Virus record (IMG/VR): IMGVR_UViG_3300046170_000299
Source of the DNA: a virus
Length of the DNA stretch: 64,000 nucleotides
Reading direction: 5' to 3' (one strand)
The translations under genes were made by a program, and so were the position numbers. The notes beneath the pieces are model-generated. The model did not search any database, was not told the origin of the DNA, and was given only the letters and a program-made list of their open reading frames with translations. The stretch's first letter is position 1; each line of letters begins with the position of its first letter. Shown one piece after another: positions 29,001-37,489 of the stretch.

Positions 29001-30645
29001 GTGGACTACAGGAAGTGGTGGTGGGCAAGGATGGAATGATGTTGACTCTCTTGTTAGTGGAACTGGAACAGAATATCGGTTTGGTACAGGAGGTTCTGGT
29101 TCATCGCCAGGCGGTAACGCTGGACTTGGTTATTGGGGTAATGGTGCTTCAGGTGGTGGCGGTGGTGGATCCACTGGTATTTTCTGGGATGGTGCTATTC
29201 CTATTTGTGGCGCAGGCGGCGGTGGCGGCGGCGGTGGATCAGGTGGTGGTTTCAACGGTGGTGGTACTACTGATGGATGCTACGCTGGGGGTAACAACCA
29301 AGGTGCATCATCTAACTTAAATTCACAAACATCTGCACTCGACTTTACCTTTGGTGCTAATGGTACTACTGGTAACTGCACCGCTGGTGGCGGTGGAGGA
29401 GGCGGCGGTGGCGTCGGTATTGGTGGACAAGCTAACGGTGGTACTGGTGGACAAGCAGGTGTTGGACATAATGGTAATGGTGGTGGTACTGGTGGTGCTC
29501 GTGGTAGATCTGCTTACAGATCTGATTATTGTTCAGCATCATGGAGCACTGCAGGTAATGGTGGTAATCCAGGAAATTCTGGTGGTTCTGGATATGTTCA
29601 GATTAGAGTTCAAGATGAAAGTGAGCAGGATGGAAGACTAGGTGGTGGCGGTGGTCAAGGTGCTACATTAATCCTTTCTATTGCCAACGTTAATACATCT
29701 GTTACATGTGGTCTACAATCTGCTGGTTCTAATGGTGGTGATGGATCTGCAAACGGTGGTGTTGGTAATGTTACAGCAGAATTTAGAGGAACATTACCTG
29801 GCGAAGAAATAGAGGGAACTCTATCTAATCCTGAAGGTGGATATTATGAATGTGATTTAACAGGTGTACCTGGTGCTACAAGATTTGATGATGGTATTTG
29901 GAAACTTTCTAGTGCTGATGGTGATACTAAAGAAGTTCTTTTGAAACCAGTAACTCCTGGCAATGGAACTGGAAATAATGGTAAATTCCAGATGTCTACT
30001 AGTGGCAATGGTGATTCCCCAACATATGGTACTCGTTCTAATAGATACTTACCTTTTGCAGGTCCAGGTACTAGAGAATATACAATTGGTCCTTTAGATC
30101 TATCTAATGTAGAAAAGATTGAATGGTCAGTTATTCGTGGTACTAGTTTGAATGGTGGTGAAACACCTGACGAGGATCTTTTACTCTATTATAGTGTTGT
30201 TGGTTCATCAACAGTAAATCTATTAGGAGTTGTTAAATCTTCTACTGGTGGTGATTCAACTTGGTCAGAAACTTCTATAGATATTCCTGAAAATAGTAAT
30301 GCAAGAGCATCAGCAGTTGAATTATTTGTGAGACAAACTAGAGTTCTTACTCAAGATGATAACTCTGATCCTACTCTAGACAACTACGGTATCTCTGGCA
30401 TGGCACTATTTTATGGTGAGATTACAACTAGAGTATTCACACCAACAGATGGTACAGAAATTTGTGACATTGATTTTATTGACAGAACTGTTAATGTTAT
30501 TGAGTCTGGTTTATCTTCTGATGAGGGACTATTCACAATGAGTTCTTCCACACCTATTACAGTTACAGCAGAAGCTATTCCAGAAGTCAATATTCCTTTA
30601 ATTACAAAGTACCACAGAGTCAAGTACCTAATCAAAGCCGTCTAA
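26074..30645 (+). CDS. Tail-collar, glycine-rich fibre/adhesin (1523 aa)
   Basis: GYLYCDGS.L...DYPQLY..I..TYG and FNLPDYR collar motifs; long poly-Gly tracts; C-terminal KYLIKA. Confidence 0.8.
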   Translation: MTVSYRNKFTAYKQEHEANYASIGSIFPVPVDTFSTDPAHALGGAGSGGLNMEHSYKGYLYCDGSELNIRDYPQLYSTIRNTYGGSTTSRPTQSANAGGMRRILWIGNKCFINFYRDPGIASGNKLPYPYGTAFRMQDDTGSTPAGPGLGSMPSGDWEYSIFYVTKVPTETLSSAQLPSGEFAYEIVFPDTIDPATLPKNNVDITTGTHPTILLNKSFTFADSPHQVGTFNLPDYRDRIIVGIGDVDGEGTPTVENALVNSVGQTGGRWYISKDQILDGGVFFSVGDVRTTGYQNISADVFTYVTGKVEFRIGPIDDHIFNRPVEHNHYILSSIADDSVDNERDGVPIDEFAVNYTTQRANILPFEPVGQGGLALGHSHGLTREKLNDPSLATFGNTPGPGGVDPNQPADIFWDVSDPELVSYLTPISGGRIGYDDVSLEPHGPGTGEWEGFVKPGVAQSNVYLAFGYRATATGFDNPDQLKLSRSVTYTLDFTGYTQLYVFAVAGNDSNGGERPNNENEGLYCIFSDGTELRLFPSVNDYRIENGLEGAEAFALYDAIHSNWREFIIDIPTALQDQPNQNIQLKQTLRAGTEQDSGVPAGNDNANDMLGIQGIGLRGGIIEDPPEPDGCYPITGSPIVPVLTAVFDSANNIVLVTTPEAHGFSKGDYITIQGAIPEDQGMYNGTFQILESQFSSTAFAYTPESTPTLGQASGTVAVRIAAGTFEDVVSTPSPRLYVVDGQTKIGGKADVFTPPGTGTVFQNDELVSQGSFTLPAIAASAGDVTRIDIVLKAPGGGGGGTSGDGGNGGFSYATFDIGGATYTCYAYGGNGGSAGDNGGNGGNGGTYLVPAALLAMDNVSISGSSNGASGSNGGNFGSGTINGGSGSGDGGVGGFGTSGTFTITTDTGFVTQGGSSWNAPSNTGVTARTVTIKAAGGGGGGGNGNGNSGCNNSANGGSGGAGALVTANLGFGPTSLTWTTGSGGGQGWNDVDSLVSGTGTEYRFGTGGSGSSPGGNAGLGYWGNGASGGGGGGSTGIFWDGAIPICGAGGGGGGGGSGGGFNGGGTTDGCYAGGNNQGASSNLNSQTSALDFTFGANGTTGNCTAGGGGGGGGGVGIGGQANGGTGGQAGVGHNGNGGGTGGARGRSAYRSDYCSASWSTAGNGGNPGNSGGSGYVQIRVQDESEQDGRLGGGGGQGATLILSIANVNTSVTCGLQSAGSNGGDGSANGGVGNVTAEFRGTLPGEEIEGTLSNPEGGYYECDLTGVPGATRFDDGIWKLSSADGDTKEVLLKPVTPGNGTGNNGKFQMSTSGNGDSPTYGTRSNRYLPFAGPGTREYTIGPLDLSNVEKIEWSVIRGTSLNGGETPDEDLLLYYSVVGSSTVNLLGVVKSSTGGDSTWSETSIDIPENSNARASAVELFVRQTRVLTQDDNSDPTLDNYGISGMALFYGEITTRVFTPTDGTEICDIDFIDRTVNVIESGLSSDEGLFTMSSSTPITVTAEAIPEVNIPLITKYHRVKYLIKAV

Positions 30646-30680
30646 ATACTATGACGGTATGAGATCCCTAATCTAATACA

Positions 30681-31505
30681 ATGAACGAGTATTCTTCACA
30701 AGATGTAGCACTATATTTAAATGCCATTAATAGAACAATGGCAAAAAATGGTGTAACGAAAGTTATTACTGATGATTTCTGGAAAGACGAAATTGTCCCT
30801 ATTCTATATCCTATTTGGGATTCTGATAGGGATAAATTAGAAAGTTTTATCAGGTATAAGACTGGTGTCGCCTTGATGAACAAGAACAAGTTTCAAAGAA
30901 ATCAAAAAACAGGTGAATATAAGTGGGTTTCATATGAAATGAATCTCGATGCATTTGAGAAGGCAGAGATTGATGACTTATACACCAAGCTAGATGCAAA
31001 ATTTATTGAGTTTAGAGACTTAAGTGATATTGATCTTGAGGGTAAACTTGCTTCACAGTTTGCTGCTGATGAATACACAAACTGGACTAAGATTACAATA
31101 GTCAGAAATTTCCTACTTATGGATAGTGACTGGTCACAACTTGGAGATGCTCCTCTTACTGATGATGAGAAAGCACAGTGGGTTGCATATAGAAAGAAAT
31201 TAAGGGATATTCCACAAGAGCAACTATCAATTCCTCCTAGTAACGTTAAGTTTCCAATTAGTCCTAAGAAATATGCAGAAATGCTAGTTGAGAACTCTGA
31301 ATTGGGAGCGTATCTAGCATCTGATGAACAATTCTTCCACATTGCTCAGTCAGTGTATCGCAAGTTTGCTAGTAGATCAATGTCTTATATGGCAATGGCA
31401 ATCACTACTAAGCAAGTGGATGGAATGCCACAAAACAGAGTATACAGTGAGAGTAATACTCTTGATGCTATTTTACGAGCTATTGATGACGGAGGACTTG
31501 ACTGA
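30681..31505 (+). CDS. Tail fibre assembly chaperone
   Basis: RNFLL.DSDWSQL.DAPL....W..YR.KLRDIPQ is the phage tail-assembly-chaperone motif; directly follows the fibre genes. Confidence 0.75.
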   Translation: MNEYSSQDVALYLNAINRTMAKNGVTKVITDDFWKDEIVPILYPIWDSDRDKLESFIRYKTGVALMNKNKFQRNQKTGEYKWVSYEMNLDAFEKAEIDDLYTKLDAKFIEFRDLSDIDLEGKLASQFAADEYTNWTKITIVRNFLLMDSDWSQLGDAPLTDDEKAQWVAYRKKLRDIPQEQLSIPPSNVKFPISPKKYAEMLVENSELGAYLASDEQFFHIAQSVYRKFASRSMSYMAMAITTKQVDGMPQNRVYSESNTLDAILRAIDDGGLD

Positions 31506-31894
31506 TGGCACTTATCTCTTTAAATCCAAAAACAATTGGTGAAATGTGTGCTCGTTTAGCAGAGCTAGAGAACAAATTTGTTATGGTAGTAGATAATACT
31601 GCATATGATTCAATGTCTTCTGATAATAAAGCATTGATGTATGCATATTATAAGAGTGTAGACGAGAATGGTGAAGCACAATGGATCATTCCTGAGAGTG
31701 AGATTGATGAAATCTTCGCACAAAAGCATACATTTTATGTGTTCAAGACTGAGCAGATTGCTGTAGACAATTGCTGTGACTGGTTCCCACAACCACAAAA
31801 TTTACCAAACGCAGCATTTAGAATTCCTGCATATATTGTCAAACCTAATGGGACAATCCCTTACATCAACGAAGATCCTTCAAATCCTGGTTGA
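31505..31894 (+). CDS. Hypothetical protein (fibre operon)
   Basis: 129 aa, TGATG-coupled to the chaperone gene. Confidence 0.6.
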   Translation: MALISLNPKTIGEMCARLAELENKFVMVVDNTAYDSMSSDNKALMYAYYKSVDENGEAQWIIPESEIDEIFAQKHTFYVFKTEQIAVDNCCDWFPQPQNLPNAAFRIPAYIVKPNGTIPYINEDPSNPG

Positions 31895-31919
31895 CACGCC
31901 ATCGATGGTGTGATAGGAT
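31891..31919 (+). promoter_or_regulatory. Sigma70 promoter with palindromic spacer
   Basis: TTGACA-N17-TAGGAT with extended TG; spacer carries CACGCCATCGATGGTGTG. Confidence 0.7.
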
Positions 31920-31940
31920 GACCTCATCTAGCATTCAACT

Positions 31941-32225
31941 ATGAAGGTTCCCACCAAACCAGAACTCACACATATGCAGATCCAAGCTATTTTAAGGGAA
32001 AATTCAATTCCTGAGGATCAGATCAAGTATATTGGTGATAAAGAATACACAACACAATATGCTGCCCATCCTGAATACCATGGAGATATTATGCCATGGT
32101 ATTTGATTGGTGGTGAGCATGAGGTGCCAGTTTGTGACATTGGATCAATTGATCAGGTAGACGAAGACGACTGTGTGCCTGAAAATGATGGTTGGGGTCC
32201 TGCTGGTCCCCCACCTGAAAATTAA
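31941..32225 (+). CDS. Hypothetical protein
   Basis: 94-aa ORF behind the 31891 promoter. Confidence 0.6.
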   Translation: MKVPTKPELTHMQIQAILRENSIPEDQIKYIGDKEYTTQYAAHPEYHGDIMPWYLIGGEHEVPVCDIGSIDQVDEDDCVPENDGWGPAGPPPEN

Positions 32226-32278
32226 TTTGTTTCGATTTCCCCTTAAACCACTGCAAACCACTAGAAACCGACTATACT

Positions 32279-32467
32279 ATGAACTGGGACACTTCTAAAG
32301 AAGAAAAACGCAAAGACGCATTCTTTATTTTTTATGAGAGTGTTCTGAAACCAGATCACGAACTACGTCAGGATGCACATGATCAGCAATGCTATCATGA
32401 ACTGCTAGAATGGCGTGGAGAGATCATTGAATACTTAGACCGTCGTCGTAATGAGGAATTTTCATGA
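32279..32467 (+). CDS. Hypothetical protein
   Basis: 62 aa; ATGA-coupled to the next ORF. Confidence 0.6.
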   Translation: MNWDTSKEEKRKDAFFIFYESVLKPDHELRQDAHDQQCYHELLEWRGEIIEYLDRRRNEEFS

Positions 32468-32709
32468 GCAGTCCCATTGTTGGTACTGATACCACCTATG
32501 AAGAACATCGTAGGGATCGATTACAAGAGTGTATCGAGGACTATCTCCAAGATGGTTTTGGAGACAATACTGATCCACGATACGTATATGAAGAAATGCT
32601 AGTAGTTATTCAACAGCTAGCAGACTATCATGAAAAGCATCGAGCACGTTACACAGAACTAAAAAATTACATGCTCGGTTATAATAATCATCTTCCTGAT
32701 AGATTTTGA
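32464..32709 (+). CDS. Hypothetical protein
   Basis: 81 aa; coupled overlaps at both ends. Confidence 0.55.
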   Translation: MSSPIVGTDTTYEEHRRDRLQECIEDYLQDGFGDNTDPRYVYEEMLVVIQQLADYHEKHRARYTELKNYMLGYNNHLPDRF

Positions 32710-32966
32710 TGGATAAAAAAGAGAGAATCCTGCTTGCATTACAGGATATACATACTGTGACCAAACTGATTGATGGCATTGACTATCACGGTTACATGAT
32801 TAATAAACTTATCATGGTTGAGGTCGAACTAGAACGGCAACTTACTAATTTGATTCACAATGAACGAAGAGGAATTCAAAGCAGCAATCCAGAATATGCT
32901 GCAGATGCAAAATTCAGTACAGAACAACAACGATCAGAATTTTCAGATTCTGCAGGCACAAATTGA
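32706..32966 (+). CDS. Hypothetical protein
   Basis: 86 aa; last 107 nt overlap the next ORF. Confidence 0.5.
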   Translation: MMDKKERILLALQDIHTVTKLIDGIDYHGYMINKLIMVEVELERQLTNLIHNERRGIQSSNPEYAADAKFSTEQQRSEFSDSAGTN

Positions 32967-33069
32967 TAGACTGCAGACACAACTGAATGAACTGAATGAT
33001 CTCAAAGAGATGTTCAGATTACCCAAACCACAGAACAAAGATCGCAAGTTGTTCGATGAACAAGAATGA
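32860..33069 (+). CDS. Coiled-coil hypothetical protein
   Basis: Q/N/L heptad pattern (LQAQIDRLQTQLNEL). Confidence 0.55.
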   Translation: MNEEEFKAAIQNMLQMQNSVQNNNDQNFQILQAQIDRLQTQLNELNDLKEMFRLPKPQNKDRKLFDEQE

Positions 33070-33370
33070 TTTTGAATTGCTACAACCTGTTGAATACGAT
33101 GGTATCAAAGGTTATATTTCCTTTATCGATGATGCTTATCTAACGATTTGCTTCATCGATCAACCTCTTCCTGAATCAGCAAATTCACGATGGGGTCGTC
33201 ATTATGTTAACATTTTAGTATACCCTTGTTATTGGCATGAAATACGCTGTCGTTTGGATGAAGAACAAGAAGAAGGGATGCACGTCCCGCCAACAAGCGA
33301 CCTTTTACAATTTGGACGATGCCGCTCAGTGGGAGCAGCACATAAACAGAACCCTACACGTAAGAACTGA
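33056..33370 (+). CDS. Hypothetical protein
   Basis: ATG at 33056 (MNKNDFELLQPVEYDG...), in frame with ORF-track 32996. Confidence 0.5.
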   Translation: MNKNDFELLQPVEYDGIKGYISFIDDAYLTICFIDQPLPESANSRWGRHYVNILVYPCYWHEIRCRLDEEQEEGMHVPPTSDLLQFGRCRSVGAAHKQNPTRKN

Positions 33371-33398
33371 CATCATTCCTATTTTCAATGACAATTGA
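33237..33398 (+). CDS. Small hypothetical protein (53 aa, not in ORF track)
   Basis: MKYAVVWMKNKKKGCTSRQQATFYNLDDAAQWEQHINRTLHVRTDIIPIFNDN, read by hand. Confidence 0.55.
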   Translation: MKYAVVWMKNKKKGCTSRQQATFYNLDDAAQWEQHINRTLHVRTDIIPIFNDN

Positions 33399-33603
33399 GC
33401 TAATGACTTACACTAAAGAACAATTGATTGATGCACTCGTTCATGAATGGGAGTATCTCTGTCATGATGATTATGATCCAGAAGATGACACACCAGAGGA
33501 GTATCGTTTGAAGATGGAGTTTCTCACCATTGAAGAACTGATTGAAGAAACATCAACTGGTGAAGGTTACACACTAGATGAGTTCATGGACAACCATGGG
33601 TGA
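33388..33603 (+). CDS. Acidic hypothetical protein
   Basis: 71 aa, D/E-rich; its stop codon lies in the next promoter dyad. Confidence 0.6.
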   Translation: MTIELMTYTKEQLIDALVHEWEYLCHDDYDPEDDTPEEYRLKMEFLTIEELIEETSTGEGYTLDEFMDNHG

Positions 33604-33682
33604 CAGTTGAGCTAGTGTCCACTCGACCTTCCGCATGACCTCCGCACCCCTTATAATATAGAGGTCACCAAGGGAGCACCCA

Positions 33683-33961
33683 ATGCAACTCACTAACTCT
33701 GTCTGTATCGTTGACTTCTTCCCTGAAGCATTCATTGCTGAAGCATGTGACGTTCACGGTATTAAAACATGTGTCAAGCGTTTTGTCAAGCGTGTTACCT
33801 TCCCTTCCGATTATGGTAAGGACATGGTATCATGGTCAACCATCACAGCACTGACTTTCTCTCATGAAGTCAACTCACGTATCGCTAGTGGTGCAGATGT
33901 TACTGCATTTCACACTGATAAGTGTCCTGACCGTTACTCTGGTTTCTCCTGTGTCTGCTGA
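33683..33961 (+). CDS. Early hypothetical protein
   Basis: 92 aa behind the 33600 cassette with a GGGAG RBS. Confidence 0.65.
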   Translation: MQLTNSVCIVDFFPEAFIAEACDVHGIKTCVKRFVKRVTFPSDYGKDMVSWSTITALTFSHEVNSRIASGADVTAFHTDKCPDRYSGFSCVC

Positions 33962-34176
33962 GAGGCACCTAGGAGCGACTACAATGCCCCTTTAACCTAT
34001 TATTGCTATGAACACTCGTTCTATGGAACTGACCGTTAATCAGGTCAATTTCATTATTGATATGATGTGGGATACAGATCCCAAAGTTAGCGAGAAACTT
34101 GCGAAGCAGAATCAAGTAGATGATATTCAATTACACGATCAACTTCAACACCAACTTCACAACAATCCTAGAACAA

Positions 34177-34371
34177 ATGACTAGCTTCGACACCTTTATT
34201 GAAAAAATGGCATCACAACCTGATGTTATCGCCGCTGTTGCTAAGAGCAACCAAGAATGGGAGGAAGCAGCAGCAGCAGAACTAGAAATCACTGTAGACG
34301 AACTCTTGTCTCAGTTGAACAGTCGTGTGACAGATGGCAAACTGCCACACCAGAGGATGCACGGTCACTGA
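34177..34371 (+). CDS. Hypothetical protein
   Basis: MTSFDTF...EAAAAELEITVDELL; reads through the 34327 dyad. Confidence 0.5.
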   Translation: MTSFDTFIEKMASQPDVIAAVAKSNQEWEEAAAAELEITVDELLSQLNSRVTDGKLPHQRMHGH

Positions 34372-34407
34372 TCCTTGCTATACTAAGTACATCAACACAA
34401 AAGACAC

Positions 34408-34860
34408 ATGACCACATCTTCCTTCGCTGACTTCGCTGCTTCTGCTCAAGATAGAGCAGACAACGCGGCAAATGTACATCACTACACTGAGATTCTCTGT
34501 GAAGCACTCGTTCAAAACTTCATTGAGTACAGTACTCACTCTATGAAGCGTAGTGCTCTCACTGCAGAAACAAAATCAGAAGCAGAATACTACATCAATC
34601 GCGCTAAGGAGATTGCTGAGAAACCTGACTACAGCTTCACCATTGAAACTGGACGTAAGTATCTCAAGGTCATCATGAACGATTGTACTGGTAGCAGCAG
34701 TGTCCATGCATTTGTTGACAAAAAGACTGGTGAACTCTACAAACCAGCAGGATGGCGTGCTCCTGCAAAGCATGTCCGTGGTAATCTGCTAGATTCCGCT
34801 AGTAGGGAAGATGTTTTGAGTCGCTGCGACTGGGCGGGTGGGTATCTCTACATACGTTGA
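34408..34860 (+). CDS. Conserved early hypothetical protein
   Basis: TGRKYLKVI...SVHAFVDKKTGELYKPAGW.APAK..RGNL motif, common in T4-like phage early regions. Confidence 0.7.
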   Translation: MTTSSFADFAASAQDRADNAANVHHYTEILCEALVQNFIEYSTHSMKRSALTAETKSEAEYYINRAKEIAEKPDYSFTIETGRKYLKVIMNDCTGSSSVHAFVDKKTGELYKPAGWRAPAKHVRGNLLDSASREDVLSRCDWAGGYLYIR

Positions 34861-34911
34861 CACCCAACCCATTATACATTATACTACATAGGTCACCCTG
34901 CTTTTAATCTC

Positions 34912-35142
34912 ATGTCTTCTCCTAATTTCTATCTCGTTGCCGAAGGTAACGCTTATGCATTAGATGATGATGGCACTCCATATGGTGCTGCTGTATTCCA
35001 AGATGGTTCTGTTGATTGGGACAATTCCTACGATCTAGAACCAGATGAGAATGATATTGAGTATGTTGCACACATGTGCCAACTCCTTGTACAAGCACAA
35101 GGATTAACTATTGAACACAACAACGAGGTCTTTGTTAAATGA
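34912..35142 (+). CDS. Hypothetical protein
   Basis: 76 aa behind TTGACA-N17-TATACT (34857-34885). Confidence 0.6.
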   Translation: MSSPNFYLVAEGNAYALDDDGTPYGAAVFQDGSVDWDNSYDLEPDENDIEYVAHMCQLLVQAQGLTIEHNNEVFVK

Positions 35143-35396
35143 GTAAACCAAACCCACTAGCTGAGTATATCACCACGCTAGTTGAACCATTCTCGAATCG
35201 TCACACACGAGGTGAGTATACTATTTCAGTTGCTCCTCGTGCTGATCTGGATGATGAAGGTGTCGAACGGTATTGGCGAGCATTCTCTAAGTTTCCTAAC
35301 GATTTTGCCTCAGCACTCAACCGTATGCTGCCTAAGGATGTAGAATTCATCCAGTACGATCACCTCTCCAACACACTTACTCTCATCAAAAAATGA
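35139..35396 (+). CDS. Hypothetical protein
   Basis: 85 aa, coupled overlaps. Confidence 0.55.
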   Translation: MSKPNPLAEYITTLVEPFSNRHTRGEYTISVAPRADLDDEGVERYWRAFSKFPNDFASALNRMLPKDVEFIQYDHLSNTLTLIKK

Positions 35397-35620
35397 ACAA
35401 CGAAGACGTACTCCGCATTTCTCAGCAACGTGACGACATCTACGATTGGGTAGTAGCACGTTTCAGGTATTTCATGGAGAACGACGAAATCGACAATGCG
35501 CTATGCCTTGCTGATGAGTTCTTTGAATGGATGGACCCTGATCAACTAGATAACGAGCAGACATTATTCATTAACGAGGATGAACTCAAAGAACGATTCC
35601 TTGAAATCACAGAAGGTTGA
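35393..35620 (+). CDS. Hypothetical protein
   Basis: 75 aa, coupled overlap. Confidence 0.55.
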   Translation: MNNEDVLRISQQRDDIYDWVVARFRYFMENDEIDNALCLADEFFEWMDPDQLDNEQTLFINEDELKERFLEITEG

Positions 35621-35730
35621 TGACACCATGAAGACATTGATACTTGATTATATCAATCAGAGTAACAATGGTAACCATGCTCAAGCAGAAGTCATCTTAC
35701 ACAAAATTAATATGATGAGGAAGCTAACTG

Positions 35731-36312
35731 ATGACAGTTAATTGTATTTCAGCGTTTCCTTCTCCTATTTTACAATTTAGTTTGTCCGACTTTGCTGACC
35801 ATCGTCAGCAGATCGTGGATAACATTTACTCTGTGATGGAAACAACCGAGTCTGTCAGTCTATCAAATGAAGGTGGATGGCAGTCTCCAAATCAAGAACC
35901 ACAACCAAAGGTGCTGTTTAAGAGTGTCAACGATATCATGACACAATTCCTTACGGAAGAACTACAGTACAGTATTGGTAATGTGTGGTATAATGTGAAC
36001 ACTGAAGGATCCTTTAATCATAAGCATACTCATCCAGGATGTGATCTTGCTGCTGTATTCTATGTCAAGGTTCCTGAAGGTGATTGTGGTAGACTTGAGA
36101 TCGAGAATCCAAGTTACTTCAATCAGTTCAGACTACTAGATGCGATGAATCCAAAGTTGAAAGAGGACATGATTACATTTACTTCGATGTGGTTTCCACC
36201 AGTAGAAGGTAATGGTCTGATCTTCCCATCTAATCTAATTCATCGTGTATCAAAGAACAACACTCAAGAAGACAGGATTAGTATTTCATGGAACATTCAC
36301 ATCAACTACTGA
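35731..36312 (+). CDS. 2OG-Fe(II) oxygenase
   Basis: WYNVN...HKHTH...AVFYV...IFPS.L.HRV......RISISWN. Confidence 0.85.
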   Translation: MTVNCISAFPSPILQFSLSDFADHRQQIVDNIYSVMETTESVSLSNEGGWQSPNQEPQPKVLFKSVNDIMTQFLTEELQYSIGNVWYNVNTEGSFNHKHTHPGCDLAAVFYVKVPEGDCGRLEIENPSYFNQFRLLDAMNPKLKEDMITFTSMWFPPVEGNGLIFPSNLIHRVSKNNTQEDRISISWNIHINY

Positions 36313-36977
36313 AGCAAGTAGTGGCAGCAGGGTTATGTTTAGGATTGTCAGGTGTAGCATTAGCTAACGAAGACAAGATCACACAAGGTTTTAAATCATA
36401 CGACGCCATGGGTTGTATGTTATTGCGTGAGTGTAAGGAGGATGTTGATGAAGTCTTCACTCTATTAGATATCTCACATGAGTATCCTAATACGGAAGCA
36501 TACACACCATACTCACAAGAATTCAACACGATGTTGATGACACTGAATCAAATCGGTGTCAAGGTATATCTTGCTGATGCAAAGTATTTCCCTGATGGTC
36601 ATCGTGGTGTCTATCACACAGTCAGTAATAACTTTTACTTGAATCGTGATTGGATGGGTGATCCTGGTACACTGATGATGTTAATGCGCCATGAAGGATG
36701 GCACGCCGCCCAAGATTGTATGGCAGGCACAATTGATAATAGTATGATTGCTATTATTATGCCTGAAGATGCAGTACCGATGCTATGGCGTGTGTTAGCA
36801 GAGCGTACATATCCTGAGAACGCAGTACCATGGGAAGCAGAAGCACAATGGGCGGGTCGAACTGAACATATGACTATGAAAGCACTTCAAGCTTGTGCAA
36901 AGGGAGAAATGTGGACAGTTTATGAACCGACACCTATGACTCGTGAATGGTTGGAGATCAATGGATATATCAAATAA
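36288..36977 (+). CDS. Exported zincin-like protein (HEXXH)
   Basis: Signal-peptide-like N-terminus; MRHEGWHAAQDC motif and downstream E.EA. Confidence 0.55.
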   Translation: MEHSHQLLKQVVAAGLCLGLSGVALANEDKITQGFKSYDAMGCMLLRECKEDVDEVFTLLDISHEYPNTEAYTPYSQEFNTMLMTLNQIGVKVYLADAKYFPDGHRGVYHTVSNNFYLNRDWMGDPGTLMMLMRHEGWHAAQDCMAGTIDNSMIAIIMPEDAVPMLWRVLAERTYPENAVPWEAEAQWAGRTEHMTMKALQACAKGEMWTVYEPTPMTREWLEINGYIK

Positions 36978-37236
36978 ACAAAAACTCATTGTACTTACTC
37001 ACAAATATGGTTCAGAAAACGACCTCTACATCGAAATCCCGCAAACCATCCGCGAAGACCTCGACTGGAAAGAAGGTGACACGCTCATCTGGGAAATCAA
37101 AGGCGACAACAGTATCGTCATTAGAAAAGAACTTAGCGTCTCTGAATACAAAGAGCAAGCAATCAAAGAACACCTCGAAGACCAAGACTTCGACTCGTAC
37201 TACGACTGGATCTACCAAATCTGCTTCGAGTCGTAA
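36961..37236 (+). CDS. AbrB/MazE-like swapped-hairpin DNA-binding protein
   Basis: GGAG RBS; LYIEIPQTIREDLDWKEGDTLIWEIKGDNSIVIRK matches the SpoVT/AbrB pattern. Confidence 0.6.
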   Translation: MDISNKQKLIVLTHKYGSENDLYIEIPQTIREDLDWKEGDTLIWEIKGDNSIVIRKELSVSEYKEQAIKEHLEDQDFDSYYDWIYQICFES

Positions 37237-37489
37237 GAGCAAAGATCGTGGTGTGAAGCATACACGTTGTAAGGACAAGAGTTTGTTCCCACATTATTCA
37301 ATGCCATGGCGTATGGAGCCACGTACAGGTAAATTTAACCTGAGTTGGTATATGTGTTTTGATCATGCAGTAGATCAGATTGAACGTTCACACTTACAAC
37401 CAAAGGATTATAAACTGCAATGTTATACGTCCGTCCCTATCACTGATCCATTAACTGGTTCAGTCCGAACTCAACGCTATGTTACCTAA
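37007..37489 (+). CDS. Lys/Ser/Thr-rich (histone H1-like) protein with globular C-terminus
   Basis: About 75-aa K/S/T tract encoded in the +1 frame of the AbrB-like gene, then an ordinary C-terminal domain beyond the overlap. Confidence 0.55.
   Translation: MVQKTTSTSKSRKPSAKTSTGKKVTRSSGKSKATTVSSLEKNLASLNTKSKQSKNTSKTKTSTRTTTGSTKSASSRKSKDRGVKHTRCKDKSLFPHYSMPWRMEPRTGKFNLSWYMCFDHAVDQIERSHLQPKDYKLQCYTSVPITDPLTGSVRTQRYVT

Noticed and set aside
28440-29770. GGT/GGC tandem-like low-complexity DNA
   Set aside because: Encodes ordinary poly-Gly adhesin tracts.
9080-30645. Many 60-145-aa alternative-frame and antisense ORFs inside the giant structural genes
   Set aside because: Expected shadows of T/A-biased codon usage; no RBS, promoters or motifs.
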